From assembly GCA_009914755.4 (NCBI GenBank), contig CP086569.2, forward strand, positions 61,344,001 through 61,408,000: a stretch of DNA of 64,000 nucleotides. Reading direction: 5' to 3'. Origin of the DNA: the human T2T-CHM13v2.0 reference genome, Homo sapiens. The number at the start of each line of letters is the position of its first letter. Positions within the stretch are counted from its first letter, which is position 1. Below are positions 28,011 to 42,215 of the stretch, piece by piece. The notes beneath the pieces were generated by a model. That model saw nothing but the letters and a program-made list of their open reading frames with translations, was not told the DNA's origin and searched no databases. The position numbers and the translations under genes were made by a program.

Positions 28011-31000
28011 GTCAATTCCATTCTATTTCAACACTTTCCATTACACTCTGTTCGAGTCCATTCCATTGCAGTCCATTTAATTCAAGGGCATTCCATTCCA
28101 TTCCTTTCCATTTCATATTATTCCATTCCATTCAATTCCATTCCAGATGATTCCATTCCGTTCTATACCATTGCTCTCTGTTCCATTCCATTCCATCTGT
28201 CTCCATTCCTTTCGTTTCGATTCCTTTCCATTCCATTCCATTACATTTGATCCTATTTTATTAAATTGCATTCTATTCGAGTGATTTCCATTCGAGTCCT
28301 TTCCATTCGATTCCATTCCATTCTATTCCATTCCTTTGGATTCCATTCCATTCCGTTCCGTTCACATCAATTCCTTGCGATTCCATTACATTCGATTTCT
28401 TGCCATTCGATTCCATTCCTTTTGACTCTATTTCATTCGATTCCATTCCATTCCATTAATTTCCATTCCATTCGAGACCTTTCCATTGCAGTCTTTTACC
28501 TTCGAGTCCATTCCGTTCGATTCCCTTCCATTCGATTCCATTCCATTGGAGTCCGTACCAGTCGAGTCCATTCTATTCCAGTCCATTAGTTTCGACTCCA
28601 TTGCATTCGAGTGCATTCCATTCCGTGGCTGTCCATTCCATTCCGTTTGATGCCATTCCATACGATTCCATTCAATTCGAGACCATTCTATTCATGTCCA
28701 TTCCTTGTGGTTCGATTCCATTTCACTCTAGTCCATTCCATTCCATTCAATTCCATTCGACTCTATTCCGTTCCATTCAATTCCATTCCATTCGATTCCA
28801 TTTTTTTCCAGAACCTTCCATTACACTCCCTTCCATTCCAGTGCATTCCATTCCAGTCTCTTCAGTTCGATTCCATTCCATTCGTTTCGATTCCTTTCCA
28901 TTCCAGTCCATTCCATTCCATTCCATTCCTTTCCTTTCCGTTTCATTAGATTCCATTGCATTCCATTCCATTCAATTCAATTCCGTGCTATTCAATTTGA
29001 TTCATTTCCATTTAATTCCATTCCATTAGATTCCATTCCGTACGATTCCATTCCTTTTGAATCCATTCCATTGGAGTCCATTCACTTCCACAACATTCCA
29101 TTCCAGTCGAATCCATTCGAGTACATTCCATTAAAGTTCATTACATTCTAATACATTCCATTCCATTGCATTCCATTCCATTCCATTCGATGCCATTCGA
29201 TTCCATTCCATGCCAAATCATTGCATTCCTTTCCATTCCGTTCCTATCAATTCCATTCCATTCGATTTAGTTCGATTCTATTCACTTCCATTCCATTCGA
29301 TTCCATTCCATTGGAGTCAATTCCTTTCGACACCCAGCCTTTCCAGTCAATGATTTTGGATTCCATTTTGTTGCATTCCATTACATTCTATGACATTCGA
29401 TTCCGTTTCATTGCATTCCATTCCATACATTTTTATTCCATTCGAGACCGTAGCATTCCACTTTATTCCAGGCCTGTCCATTACACTACATTCCCTTCCA
29501 TTCCAATGAATTCCATTCCATTCCAATCCATTCCTTTCCTTTCGCTTGCATTCCATTCTATTCCCTTCTACTGCATACAATTTCACTCCATTCGTTCCCA
29601 TTCCATTCAATTCCATTCCATTCAATTCCATTCCATTTGTTTCCATTCTCTTCGATTCCATTTCTTTATATTCCATGCCATTCGATTCCATTCTATTGGA
29701 TTGCATTACATTCGTGTTCATTCTATTCCAGACCATACCATTTGACTCCATTCTTTTCGAGCCCTTTCAATTTGAGTCCATTCCTTTCCAGTCCATTTCA
29801 CTCCTGTCCATTACTATCCATTCCATACCATTCCATCCCATTCCATTCCATTCCATTCCATTCCATTCCATTCCATTCCATTCCATTCCATTCCATTGCA
29901 TTCAATTCCATTCCCTTCCATTGCATTGCACTCCATTCCATTACATTCTACTCTATCTGAGTCGGTTTTATTGCATTAGATTCTATTCCATTGGATTACT
30001 TTCCATTCGATTACATTCCATTCATGTACATTCCGTTTCAGTCAATTACATTCGAGTTCATTACATTACATTCCAGTATATTCCATTCTATTCGATCCCA
30101 TTCCTTTCAATTCCATTTCATTCGACTCCATTATATTCGATTCCATTCCACTCGAATCCATTCCATTAGAGGACATTCCATTCCAATGCATTCCATTCCA
30201 TTCCATAGCATTCCATTGCATTCGATTCCATTCCATTTGATGCCATTCCATTTGATGCCATTCCATGACATTCCATTCCATTTGAGTCCGTTCCGTTCCA
30301 ATTCATTCCATTCCGTTTCATGAAATTCGAGTCCTTTCCAGTACATTTCATTCCAATCCCATCCAATCCAATCTACTCCATTCAATTCCTTTCCATTCCA
30401 TTTGATTTGATTCCATTGATTTGATTCCATTCAGTTTGATTCCATTCCGTGAAATTTCGTTCCATTCTATTCCATTGCATTACTTTCCATTCAATTCCAT
30501 TCCATTTCATTTCAGTCCATTCGCTTCCTTTCCTTTCGATTCAATTCCATTTGATTCCACTCCATTCTATGCGATTTCATTCCAATCCATTCAATTCCAT
30601 TCGATGACATTCCTTTCGTTTCCATTCCATTCGAGTCCATTCAATTTGAGCATTCGTGTCCATTCTATTCGAGTCCATTCCATTACCGTCTATTCTATTC
30701 CCTTCCATTCCTGTTGATTCAATTTCATTCCCTTCCATTCGATTCCTTTCCATTCGATTCCATTCCTTTCCATTCCATTCCATTCGTTCCCATTCCATGT
30801 GATTTCATTCCATTCCAGTCCATTATATTCGAGTCCACTCCACTCCATTCTATTACATTCAATTCCTTTTGAGTCCGTTCCATAACACTCCATTCATTTC
30901 GATTCCATTTCTTGCCAGTTTTCTTCCATTTTATTCCATTCCGTTCGATTCCATTCCATTCGATTGCATTCCATTCGAATCCTTTCCATTCCATTTCATT

Positions 31001-31589
31001 CCATTCCTTTCTATTCCATTCCATTTCATTCGATTTGATTCCATTCTGTTCTATTCCATTCAATTCTTTTTCATTCCATTCGAATCCTTTCTATTGCAGT
31101 CCATTCCATTCGAGTCCATTCCAATCCCTTCCATTCCATTCCATTACAGTCCATTCCAATAGATTCCATTCCTTTGCCTTCCATTCGAATCCATTCCATT
31201 CTAGTCCATTCCATTTGAGTCAATTCCATTCCATTCCATTCTATTCCTTTCCAATCCATTCGATTCCATTCGATTCAATTCCATTTGATTCTCTTTCATT
31301 CTATTTTATTCCATGCCATTTGATTGCATTGCATTCCATTCCGTTTGATTCCAGTCCATTCAAGAAAGTTCCATTCCAGTCCATTGCTTTCCAGTCCATT
31401 CCATTCCACTCTAGTCTATTCCACTCCATTCCTTTCCATTCCATTCCATACTATTCCATTCCATTCCTTTGCATTCCGTTTCCAATCTATTCGAGTCCAT
31501 TGCATTCCAGTCCAATCCATTCCATTACATTCCTTTTGATTCCCTGCCAGTCGATTGCATTGCATACTACACCATTCCAAAGGAGTCCA
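28011..31589 (+). repeat. DYZ1-like HOR unit 9 (3,579 bp); near-copy of unit 1
   Basis: Marker recurrence 28113 -> 31692. It shares private variants with unit 1, for example gtcttttacc (481 / 28,491) versus gtcttttccc elsewhere, and ttcatgtcc (~680 / ~28,690) versus ttcctgtcc elsewhere. Confidence 0.8.
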
Positions 31590-34500
31590 TTCCATTCTAT
31601 CTCAACACTTTCCATTCCACTCTGTTCGAGTCCATTCCATTCCAGTCCATTTAATTCAAGGGCATTCCATTCCATTCCATTCCATTCCATTTCATATTAT
31701 TCCATTCCATTCAATTCCATTCCAGATGATTCCATTCCATTCTATACCATTGCTCTCTGTTCCATTCCATTCCATCTGTCTCCATTCCTTTCGTTTCGAT
31801 TCCTTTCCATTCCATTCCATTACATTTGATCCTATTTTATTAAATTGCATTCTATTCGAGTGATTTCCATTCGAGTCCTTTCCATTCGATTCCATTCCAT
31901 TCTATTCCATTCCTTTGGATTCCATTCCATTCCGTTCCGTTCACATCAATTCCTTGCGATTCCATTACATTCGATTTCTTGCCATTCGATTCCATTCCTT
32001 TTGACTCCATTTCATTCGATTCCATTCCATTCCATTAATTTCCATTCCATTCGAGACCTTTCCATTGCAGTCTTTTCCCTTCGAGTCCATTCCGTTCGAT
32101 TCCCTTCCATTCGATTCCATTCCACTGGAGTCCGTACCAGTCGAGTCCATTCTATTCCAGTCCATTAGTTTCGACTCCATTGCATTCGAGTGCATTCCAT
32201 TCCGTGGCTGTCCATTCCATTCCGTTTGATGCCATTCCATACGATTCCATTCAATTCGAGACCATTCTATTCCTGTCCATTCCTTGTGGTTCGATTCCAT
32301 TTCACTCTAGTCCATTCCATTCCATTCAATTCCATTCGACTCTATTCCGTTCCATTCAATTCCATTCCATTCGATTCCATTTTTTTCGAGAACCTTCCAT
32401 TACACTCCCTTCCATTCCAGTGCATTCCATTCCAGTCTCTTCAGTTCGATTCCATTCCATTCGTTTCGATTCCTTTCCATTCCAGCCCATTCCATTCCAT
32501 TCCATTCCTTTCCTTTCCGTTTCATTAGATTCCATTGCATTCCATTCCATTCAATTCAATTCCGTGCTATTCAATTTGATTCATTTCCATTTAATTCCAT
32601 TCCATTAGATTCCATTCCGTACGATTCCATTCCTTTGGAATCCATTCCATTGGAGTCCATTCACTTCCAGAACATTCCATTCCAGTCGAATCCATTCGAG
32701 TACATTCCATTAAAGTTCATTACATTCTAATACATTCCATTCCATTGCATTCCATTCCATTCCATTCGATGCCATTCGATTCCATTCCATGCCAAATCAT
32801 TGCATTCCTTTCCATTCCGTTCCTATCAATTCCATTCCATTCGATTTAGTTCGATTCTATTCACTTCCATTCCATTCGATTCCATTCCATTGGAGTCAAT
32901 TCCTTTCGACACCCAGCCTTTCCAGTCAATGATTTTGGATTCCATTTTTTTGCATTCCATTACATTCTATGACATTCGATTCCGTTTCATTGCATTCCAT
33001 TCCATACATTTTTATTCCATTCGAGACCGTAGCATTCCACTTTATTCCAGGCCTGTCCATTACACTACATTCCCTTCCATTCCAATGAATTCCATTCCAT
33101 TCCAATCCATTCCTTTCCTTTCGCTTGCATTCCATTCTATTCTCTTCTACTGCATACAATTTCACTCCATTCGTTCCCATTCCATTCAATTCCATTCCAT
33201 TCAATTCCATTCCATTTGTTTCCATTCTTTTCGATTCCATTTCTGTATATTCCATGCCATTCGACTCCATTCTATTGTATTGCATTACATTCGTGTTCAT
33301 TCCATTCCAGACCATTCCATTTGTCTCCATTCCTTTCGAGCCCTTTCAATTTGAGTCCATTCCTTTCCAGTCCATTTCACTCCAGTCCATTACTGTCCAT
33401 TCCATACCATTCCATCCCATTCCATTCCATTCCATTCCATTCCATTCCATTGCATTCCATTCCATTCCATTCCATTGCACTGCACTCCATTCCATTACAT
33501 TCTACTCTATCTGAGTCGATTTTATTGCATTAGATTCTATTCCATTGGATTACTTTCCATTCGATTACATTCCATTCATGTACATTCCATTCCAGTCAAT
33601 TACATTCGAGTTCATTACATTACATTCCAGTATATTCCATTGTATTCGATCCCATTCCTTTCAATTCCATTTCATTCGACTCCATTATATTCGATTCCAT
33701 TCCACTCGAATCCATTCCATTAGAGGACATTCCATTCCAATGCATTCCATTCCATTCCATAGCATTCCATTGCATTCGATTCCATTCCATTTGATGCCAT
33801 TCCATTTGATGCCATTCCATGACATTCCATTCCATTCGAGTCCGTTCCGTTCCAATTCATTCCATTCCGTTTCATGAAATTCGAGTCCTTTCCAGTACAT
33901 TTCATTCCAATCCCATCCAATCCAATCTACTCCATTCAATTCCTTTCCATTCCATTTGATTAGATTCCATTGATTTGATTCCATTCAGTTTGATTCCATT
34001 CCGTGAAATTTCGTTCCATTCTATTCCATTGCATTACTTTCCATTCAATTCCATTCCATTTCATTTCAGTCCATTCGCTTCCTTTCCTTTCGATTCAATT
34101 CCATTTGATTCCACTCCATTCTATGCGATTTCATTCCAATCCATTCAATTCCATTCGATGACATTCCTTTCGTTTCCATTCCATTCGAGTCCATTCAATT
34201 TGAGCATTCGTGTCCATTCTATTCGAGTCCATTCCATTACCGTCTATTCTATTCCCTTCCATTCCTGTTGATTCAATTTCATTCCCTTCCATTCGATTCC
34301 TTTCCATTCGATTCCATTCCTTTCCATTCCATTCCATTCGTTCCCATTCCATGTGATTTCATTCCATTCCAGTCCATTATATTCGAGTCCACTCCACTCC
34401 ATTCTATTACATTCAATTCCTTTTGAGTCCGTTCCATAACACTCCATTCATTTCGATTCCATTTCTTGCCAGTTTTCTTCCATTTTATTCCATTCCGTTC

Positions 34501-35138
34501 GATTCCATTCCATTCGATTGCATTCCATTCGAATCCTTTCCATTCCATTTCATTCCATTCCTTTCCATTCCATTCCATTTCATTCGATTTGATTCCATTC
34601 TGTTCTAATCCATTCAATTCTTTTTCATTCCATTCGAATCCTTTCTATTGCAGTCCATTCCATTCGAGTCCATTCCAATCCCTTCCATTCCATTCCATTA
34701 CAGTCCATTCCAATAGATTCCATTCCTTTGCCTTCCATTCGAATCCATTCCATTCTAGTCCATTCCATTTGAGTCAATTCCATTCCATTCCATTCTATTC
34801 CTTTCCAATCCATTCGATTCCATTCGATTCAATTCCATTTGATTCTCTTTCATTCTATTTTATTCCATGCCATTTGATTGCATTGCATTCCATTCCGTTT
34901 GATTCCAGTCCATTCAAGAAAGTTCCATTCCAGTCCATTGCTTTCCAGTCCATTCCATTCCACTCTAGTCTATTCCACTCCATTCCTTTCCATTCCATTC
35001 CATACTATTCCATTCCATTCCTTTGCATTCCGTTTCCAATCTATTCGAGTCCATTGCATTCCAGTCCAATCCATTCGATTACATTCCTTTTGATTCCCTG
35101 CCAGTCGATTGCATTGCATACTACACCATTCCAAAGGA
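31590..35138 (+). repeat. DYZ1-like HOR unit 10 (3,549 bp)
   Basis: Marker recurrence 31692 -> 35241. Confidence 0.8.
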
Positions 35139-38100
35139 GTCCATTCCATTCTATCTCAACACTTTCCATTCCACTCTGTTCGAGTCCATTCCATTCCAGT
35201 CCATTTAATTCAAGGGCATTCCATTCCATTCCATTCCATTTCATGTTATTGCATTCCATTCAATTCCATTCCAGATGATTCCATTCCATTCTATACCATT
35301 GCTCTCTGTTCCATTCCATTCCATCTGTCTCCATTCCTTTCGTTTCGATTCCTTTCCATTCCATTCCATTACATTTGATCCTATTTTATTAAATTGCATT
35401 CTATTCGAGTGATTTCCATTCGAGTCCTTTCCATTTGATTCCATTCCATTCTATTCCATTCCTTTGGATTCCATTCCATTCCGTTCCGTTCACATCAATT
35501 CCTTGCGATTCCATTACATTCGATTTCTTGCCATTCGATTCCATTCCTTTTGACTCCACTTCATTCGATTCCATTCCATTCCATTAATTTCCATTCCATT
35601 CGAGACCTTTCCATTGCAGTCTTTTCCCTTCGAGTCCATTCTGTTCGATTCCCTTCCATTCGATTCCATTCCATTGGAGTCCGTACCAGTCGAGTCCATT
35701 CTATTCCAGTCCATTAGTTTCGACTCCATTGCATTCGAGTGCATTCCATTCCGTGGCTGTCCATTCCATTCCGTTTGATGCCATTCCATACGATTCCATT
35801 CAATTCGAGACCATTCTATTCCTGTCCATTCCTTGTGGTTCGATTCCATTTCACTCTAGTCCATTCCATTCCATTGAATTCCATTCGACTCTATTCCGTT
35901 CCATTCAATTCCATTCCTTTCGATTCCATTTTTTTCGAGAACCTTCCATTACATTCCCTTCCATTCCAGTGCATTCCATTCCAGTCTCTTCAGTTCGATT
36001 CCATTCCATTCGTTTCGATTCCATTCCATTCCAGCCCATTCCATTCCAATCCATTCCATTCCTTTCCTTTCCGTTTCATTAGATTCCATTGCATTCGATT
36101 CCATTCAATTCAATTCCGTTCTATTCAATTTGATTCATTTCCATTTAATTCCATTCCATTAGATTCCATTCCTTTCGAATCCATTCCATTGGAGTCCATT
36201 CACTTCGAGAACATTCCATTCCAGTCGAATCCATTCGAGTACATTCCATTAAAGTTCATTACATTCTAATACATTCCATTCCATTGCATTCCATTCCATT
36301 CCGTTCGGTGCCATTCGATTCCATTCCATGCCAAATCATTACATTCCTTTCCATTCCGTTCCTATCAATTCCATTCCATTCGATTTAGTTCCATTCTATT
36401 CACTTCCATTCCATTCGATTCCATTCCATTGGAGTCAATTCCTTTCGACACCCAGCCTTTCCAGTCAATGATTTTGGAGTCCATTTTTTTGCATTCCATT
36501 ACATTCTATGACATTCGATTCCGTGTCATTGCATTCCATTCCATACATTTTTATTCCATTCGAGACCGTAGCATTCCACTTTATTCCAGGCCTGTCCATT
36601 ACACTACATTCCCTTCCATTCCAATGAATTCCATTCCATTCCAATCCATTCCTTTCCTTTCGCTTGCATTCCATTCTATTCTCTTCTACTGCATACAATT
36701 TCACTCCATTCGTTCCCATTCCATTCAATTCCATTCCATTCAATTCCATTCCATTTGTTTCCATTCTCTTCGATTCCATTTCTTTATATTCCATGCCATT
36801 CGATTCCATTCTATTGGATTGCATTACATTCGTGTTCATTCCATTCCAGACCATTCCATTTGACTCCATTCCTTTCGAGCCCTTTCAATTTGAGTCCATT
36901 CTTTTCCAGTCCATTTCACTCCAGTCCATTACTATCCATTCCATACCATTCCATCCCATTCCATTCCATTCCATTCCATTCCATTGCATTCCATTCCATT
37001 CCATTGCACTGCACTCCATTCCATTACATTCTACTCTATTTGAGTCGATTTTATTGCATTAGATTCTATTCCATTGGATTGCTTTCCATTCGATTACATT
37101 CCATTCATGTACATTCCATTCCAGTCAATTACATTCGAGTTCATTACATTACATTCCAGTTTATTCCATTGTATTCGGTCCCATTCCTTTCAATTCCATT
37201 TCATTAGACTCCATTATATTCGATTCCATTCCACTCGAATACATTCCATTAGAGGACATTCCATTCCAATGCATTCCATTCCATTCCATAGCGTTCCATC
37301 GCATTCGATTCCATTCCATTTGATGCCATTCCATGACATTCCATTCCATTCGAGTCCATTCCGTTCCAGTTCATTCCATTCCGTTTCATGAATTTCGAGT
37401 CCTTTCCAGTACATTTCATTCCAATCCCATCCAATCCAATGTACTCCATTCAATTCCTTTCCATTCCATTTGATTATATTCCATTGATTTGATTCCATTC
37501 AGTTTGATTCCATTCCGTGAAATTTCGTTCCATTCTATTCCATTGCATTACTTTCCATTCAATTCCATTCCATTTCATTTCAGTCCATTCGCTTCCTTTC
37601 CTTTCGACTCAATTCCATTTGATTCCACTCCATTCTATGCGATTTCATTCCAATCGATTCAATTCCATTCGATGACATTCCTTTCGTTTCCATTCCACTC
37701 GAGTCCATTCAATTTGAGCATTCGTGTCCATTCTATTCGAGTCCATTCCATTACCGTCTATTCTATTCCCTTCCATTCCTGTTGATTCAATTTCATTCCC
37801 TTCCATTCGATTCCTTTCCATTCGATTCCATTCCTTTCCATTCCATTCCATTCGTTCCCATTCCATGTGATTTCATTCCATTCCAGTCCATTATATTCGA
37901 GTCCACTCCACTCCATTCTATTACATTCAATTCCTTTTGAGTCCGTTCCATAACACTCCATTCATTTCGATTCCATTTCTTGGCAGTTTTCTTCCATTTT
38001 ATTCCATTCCTTTCGATTCCATTCCATTCGATTGCATTCCATTCGATTGCATTCCATTCGAATCCTTTCCATTCCATTTCATTCCATTCCTTTCTATTCC

Positions 38101-38672
38101 ATTCAATTTCATTCGACTTGATTCCATTCTGTTCTATTCCATTCAATTCTTTTTCATTCCATTCGAATCCTTTCTATTGCAGTCCATTCCATTCGAGTCC
38201 ATTCCAATCCCTTCCATTCCATTGCATTACAGTCCATTCCAATAGATTCCATTCCTTTGCCTTCCATTCGAATCCATTCCATTCTAGTCCATTCCATTTG
38301 AGTCAATTCCATTCCATTCCATTCTATTCCTTTCCAATCCATTCGATTCCATTCGATTCAATTCCGTTTGATTCTCTTTCATTCTATTTTATTCCATGCC
38401 ATTTGATTGCATTGCATTCCATTCCGTTTGATTCCAGTCCATTCAAGAAAGTTCCATTCCAGTCCATTGCTTTCCAGTCCATTCCATTCCACTCTAGTCT
38501 ATTCCACTCCATTCCTTTCCATTCCATTCCATACTATTCCATTCCATTCCTTTGCATTCCGTTTCCAATCTATTCGAGTCCATTGCATTCCAGTCCAATC
38601 CATTCGATTACATTCCTTTTGATTCCCTGCCAGTCGATTGCATTGCATACTAAACCATTCCAAAGGAGTCCA
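35139..38672 (+). repeat. DYZ1-like HOR unit 11 (3,534 bp)
   Basis: Marker recurrence 35241 -> 38775. Confidence 0.8.
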
Positions 38673-41600
38673 TTTCATTATATTTCAACACTTTCCATTC
38701 CACTCTGTTCGAGTCCATTCCATTCCAGTCCATTTAATTCAAGGGCATTCCATTCCATTCCATTCCATTCCATTTCATATTATTCCATTCCATTCAATTC
38801 CATTCCAGATGATTCCATTCCATTCTATACCATTGCTCTCTGTTCCATTCCATTCCATCTGTCTCCATTCCTTTCGTTTCGATTCCTTTCCATTCCATTC
38901 CATTACATTTGATCCTATTTTATTAAATTGCATTCTATTCGAGTGATTTCCATTCGAGTCCTTTCCATTCGATTCCATTCCATTCTATTCCATTCCTTTG
39001 GATTCCATTCCATTCCGTTCCGTTCACATCAATTCCTTGCGATTCCATTACATTCGATTTCTTGCCATTCGATTCCATTCCTTTTGACTCCATTTCATTC
39101 GATTCCATTCCATTCCATTAATTTCCATTCCATTCGAGACCTTTCCATTGCAGTCTTTTCCCTTCGAGTCCATTCCGTTCGATTCCCTTGCATTCGATTC
39201 CATTCCATTGGAGTCCGTACCAGTCGAGTCCATTCTATTCCAGTCCATTAGTTTCGACTCCATTGCATTCGAGTGCATTCCATTCCGTGGCTGTCCATTC
39301 CATTCCGTTTGATGCCATTCCATACGATTCCATTCAATTCGAGACCATTCTATTCCTGTCCATTCCTTGTGGTTCGATTCCATTTCACTCTAGTCCATTC
39401 CATTCCATTCAATTCCATTCGACTCTATTCCGTTCCATTCAATTCCATTCCATTCGATTCCATTTTTTTCGAGAACCTTCCATTACACTCCCTTCCATTC
39501 CAGTGCATTCCATTCCAGTCTCTTCAGTTCGATTCCATTCCATTCGTTTCGATTCCTTTCCATTCCAGCCCATTCCATTCCATTCCATTCCTTTCCTTTC
39601 CGTTTCATTAGATTCCATTGCATTCGATTCCATTCAATTCAATTCCGTGCTATTCAATTTGATTCATTTCCATTTAATTCCATTCCATTAGATTCCATTC
39701 CGTACGATTCCATTCCTTTCGAATCCTTCCATTGGAGTCCATTCACTTCCAGAACATTCCATTCCAGTCGAATCCATTCGAGTACATTCCATTAAAGTTC
39801 ATTACATTCTAATATATTCCATTCCATTGCATTCCATTCCATTCCATTCGATGCCATTCGATTCCATTGCATGCCAAATCATTGCATTCCTTTCCATTCC
39901 GTTCCTATCAATTCCATTCCATTCGATTTAGTTCGATTCTATTCACTTCCATTCCATTCGATTCCATTCCATTGGAGTCAATTCCTTTCGACACCCAGCC
40001 TTTCCAGTCAATGACTTTGGATTCCATTTTTTTGCATTCCATTATATTCTATGACATTCGATTCCGTTTCATTGCATTCCATTCCATACATTTTTATTCC
40101 ATTCGAGACCGTAGCATTCCACTTTATTCCAGGCCTGTCCATTACACTACATTCCCTTCCATTCCAATGAATTCCATTCCATTCCAATCCATTCCTTTCC
40201 TTTCGCTTGCATTCCATTCTATTCTCTTCTACTGCATACAATTTCACTCCATTCGTTCCCATTCCATTCAATTCCATTCCATTCAATTCCATTCCATTTG
40301 TTTCCATTCTCTTCGATTCCATTTCTTTATATTCCATGCCATTCGATTCCATTCTATTGGATTGCATTACATTCGTGTTCATTCCATTCCAGACCATTCC
40401 ATTTGACTCCATTCCTTTCGAAACCTTTCAATTTGAGTCCATTCCTTTCCAGTCCATTTCACTCCAGTCCATTACTATCCATTCCATACCATTCCATCCC
40501 ATTGCATTCCATTCCATTCCATTCCATTCCATTGCATTCCATTCCATTGCACTGCACTCCATTCCATTGCATTCTATTCTATTTGAGTCGATTTTATTGC
40601 ATTAGATTCTATTCCATTGGATTACTTTCCATTCGATTACATTCCATTCGTGTACATTCCATTCCAGTCAATTACATTCGAGTTCATTACGTTACATTCC
40701 AGTATATTCCATTGTATTCGATCCCATTCCTTTCAATTCCATTTCATTCGACTCCATTATATTCGATTCCATTCCACTCGAATCCATTCCATTAGAGGAC
40801 ATTCCATTCCAATGCATTCCATTCCATTCCATAGCATTCCATTGCATTCGATTCCATTCCATTTGATGCCATTCCATGACATTCCATTCCATTCGAGTCC
40901 ATTCCGTTCCAATTCATTCCATTCCGTTTCATGAAATTCGAGTCCTTTCCAGTACATTTCATTCCAATCCCATCCAATCCCATCTACTCCATTCAATTCC
41001 TTTCCATTCCATTTGATTATATTCCATTGATTTGATTCCATTCAGTTTGATTCCATTCCGTGAAATTTCGTTCCATTCTATTCCATTGCATTACTTTCCA
41101 TTCAATTCCATTCCATTTCATTTCAGTCCATTCGCTTCCTTTCCTTTCGACTCAATTCCATTTGATTCCACTCCATTCTATGCGATTTCATTCCAATCGA
41201 TTCAATTCCATTCGATGACATTCGTTTCGTTTCCATTCCACTCGAGTCCATTCAATTTGAGCATTCGTGTCCATTCTATTCGAGTCCATTCCATTACCGT
41301 CTATTCTATTCCCTTCCATTCCTGTTGATTCAATTTCATTCCCTTCCATTCGATTCCTTTCCATTCGATTCCATTCCTTTCCATTCCATTCCATTCGTTC
41401 CCATTCCATGTGATTTCATTCCATTCCAGTCCATTATATTCGAGTCCACTCCACTCCATTCTATTACATTCAATTCCTTTTGAGTCCGTTCCATAACACT
41501 CCATTCATTTCGATTCCATTTCTTGGCAGTTTTCTTCCATTTTATTCCATTCCTTTCGATTCCATTCCATTCGATTGCATTCCATTCGATTGCATTCCAT

Positions 41601-42215
41601 TCGAATCCTTTCCATTCCATTTCATTCCATTCCTTTCTATTCCATTCAATTTCATTCGACTTGATTCCATTCTGTTCTATTCCATTCAATTCTTTTTCAT
41701 TCCATTCGAATCCTTTCTATTGCAGTCCATTCCATTCGAGTCCATTCCAATCCCTTCCATTCCATTGCATTACAGTCCATTCCAATAGATTCCATTCCTT
41801 TGCCTTCCATTCGAATCCATTCCATTCTAGTCCATTCCATTTGAGTCAATTCCATTCCATTCCATTCTATTCCTTTCCAATCCATTCGATTCCATTCGAT
41901 TCAATTCCGTTTGATTCTCTTTCATTCTATTTTATTCCATGCCATTTGATTGCATTGCATTCCATTCCGTTTGATTCCAGTCCATTCAAGAAAGTTCCAT
42001 TCCAGTCCATTGCTTTCCAGTCCATTCCATTCCACTCTAGTCTTTTCCACTCCATTCCTTTCCATTCCATTCCATACTATTCCATTCCATTCCTTTGCAT
42101 TCCGTTTCCAATCTATTCGAGTCCATTGCATTCCAGTCCAATCCATTCGATTACATTCCTTTTGATTCCCTGCCAGTCGGTTGCATTGCATACTACACCA
42201 TTCCAAAGGAGTCCA
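38673..42215 (+). repeat. DYZ1-like HOR unit 12 (3,543 bp); near-identical to unit 11
   Basis: Marker recurrence 38775 -> 42318. It shares with unit 11 a duplicated ccattcgattgcatt motif (38,030 / 41,573) and the catttcattatatttcaac variant (38,670 / 42,213). Confidence 0.8.
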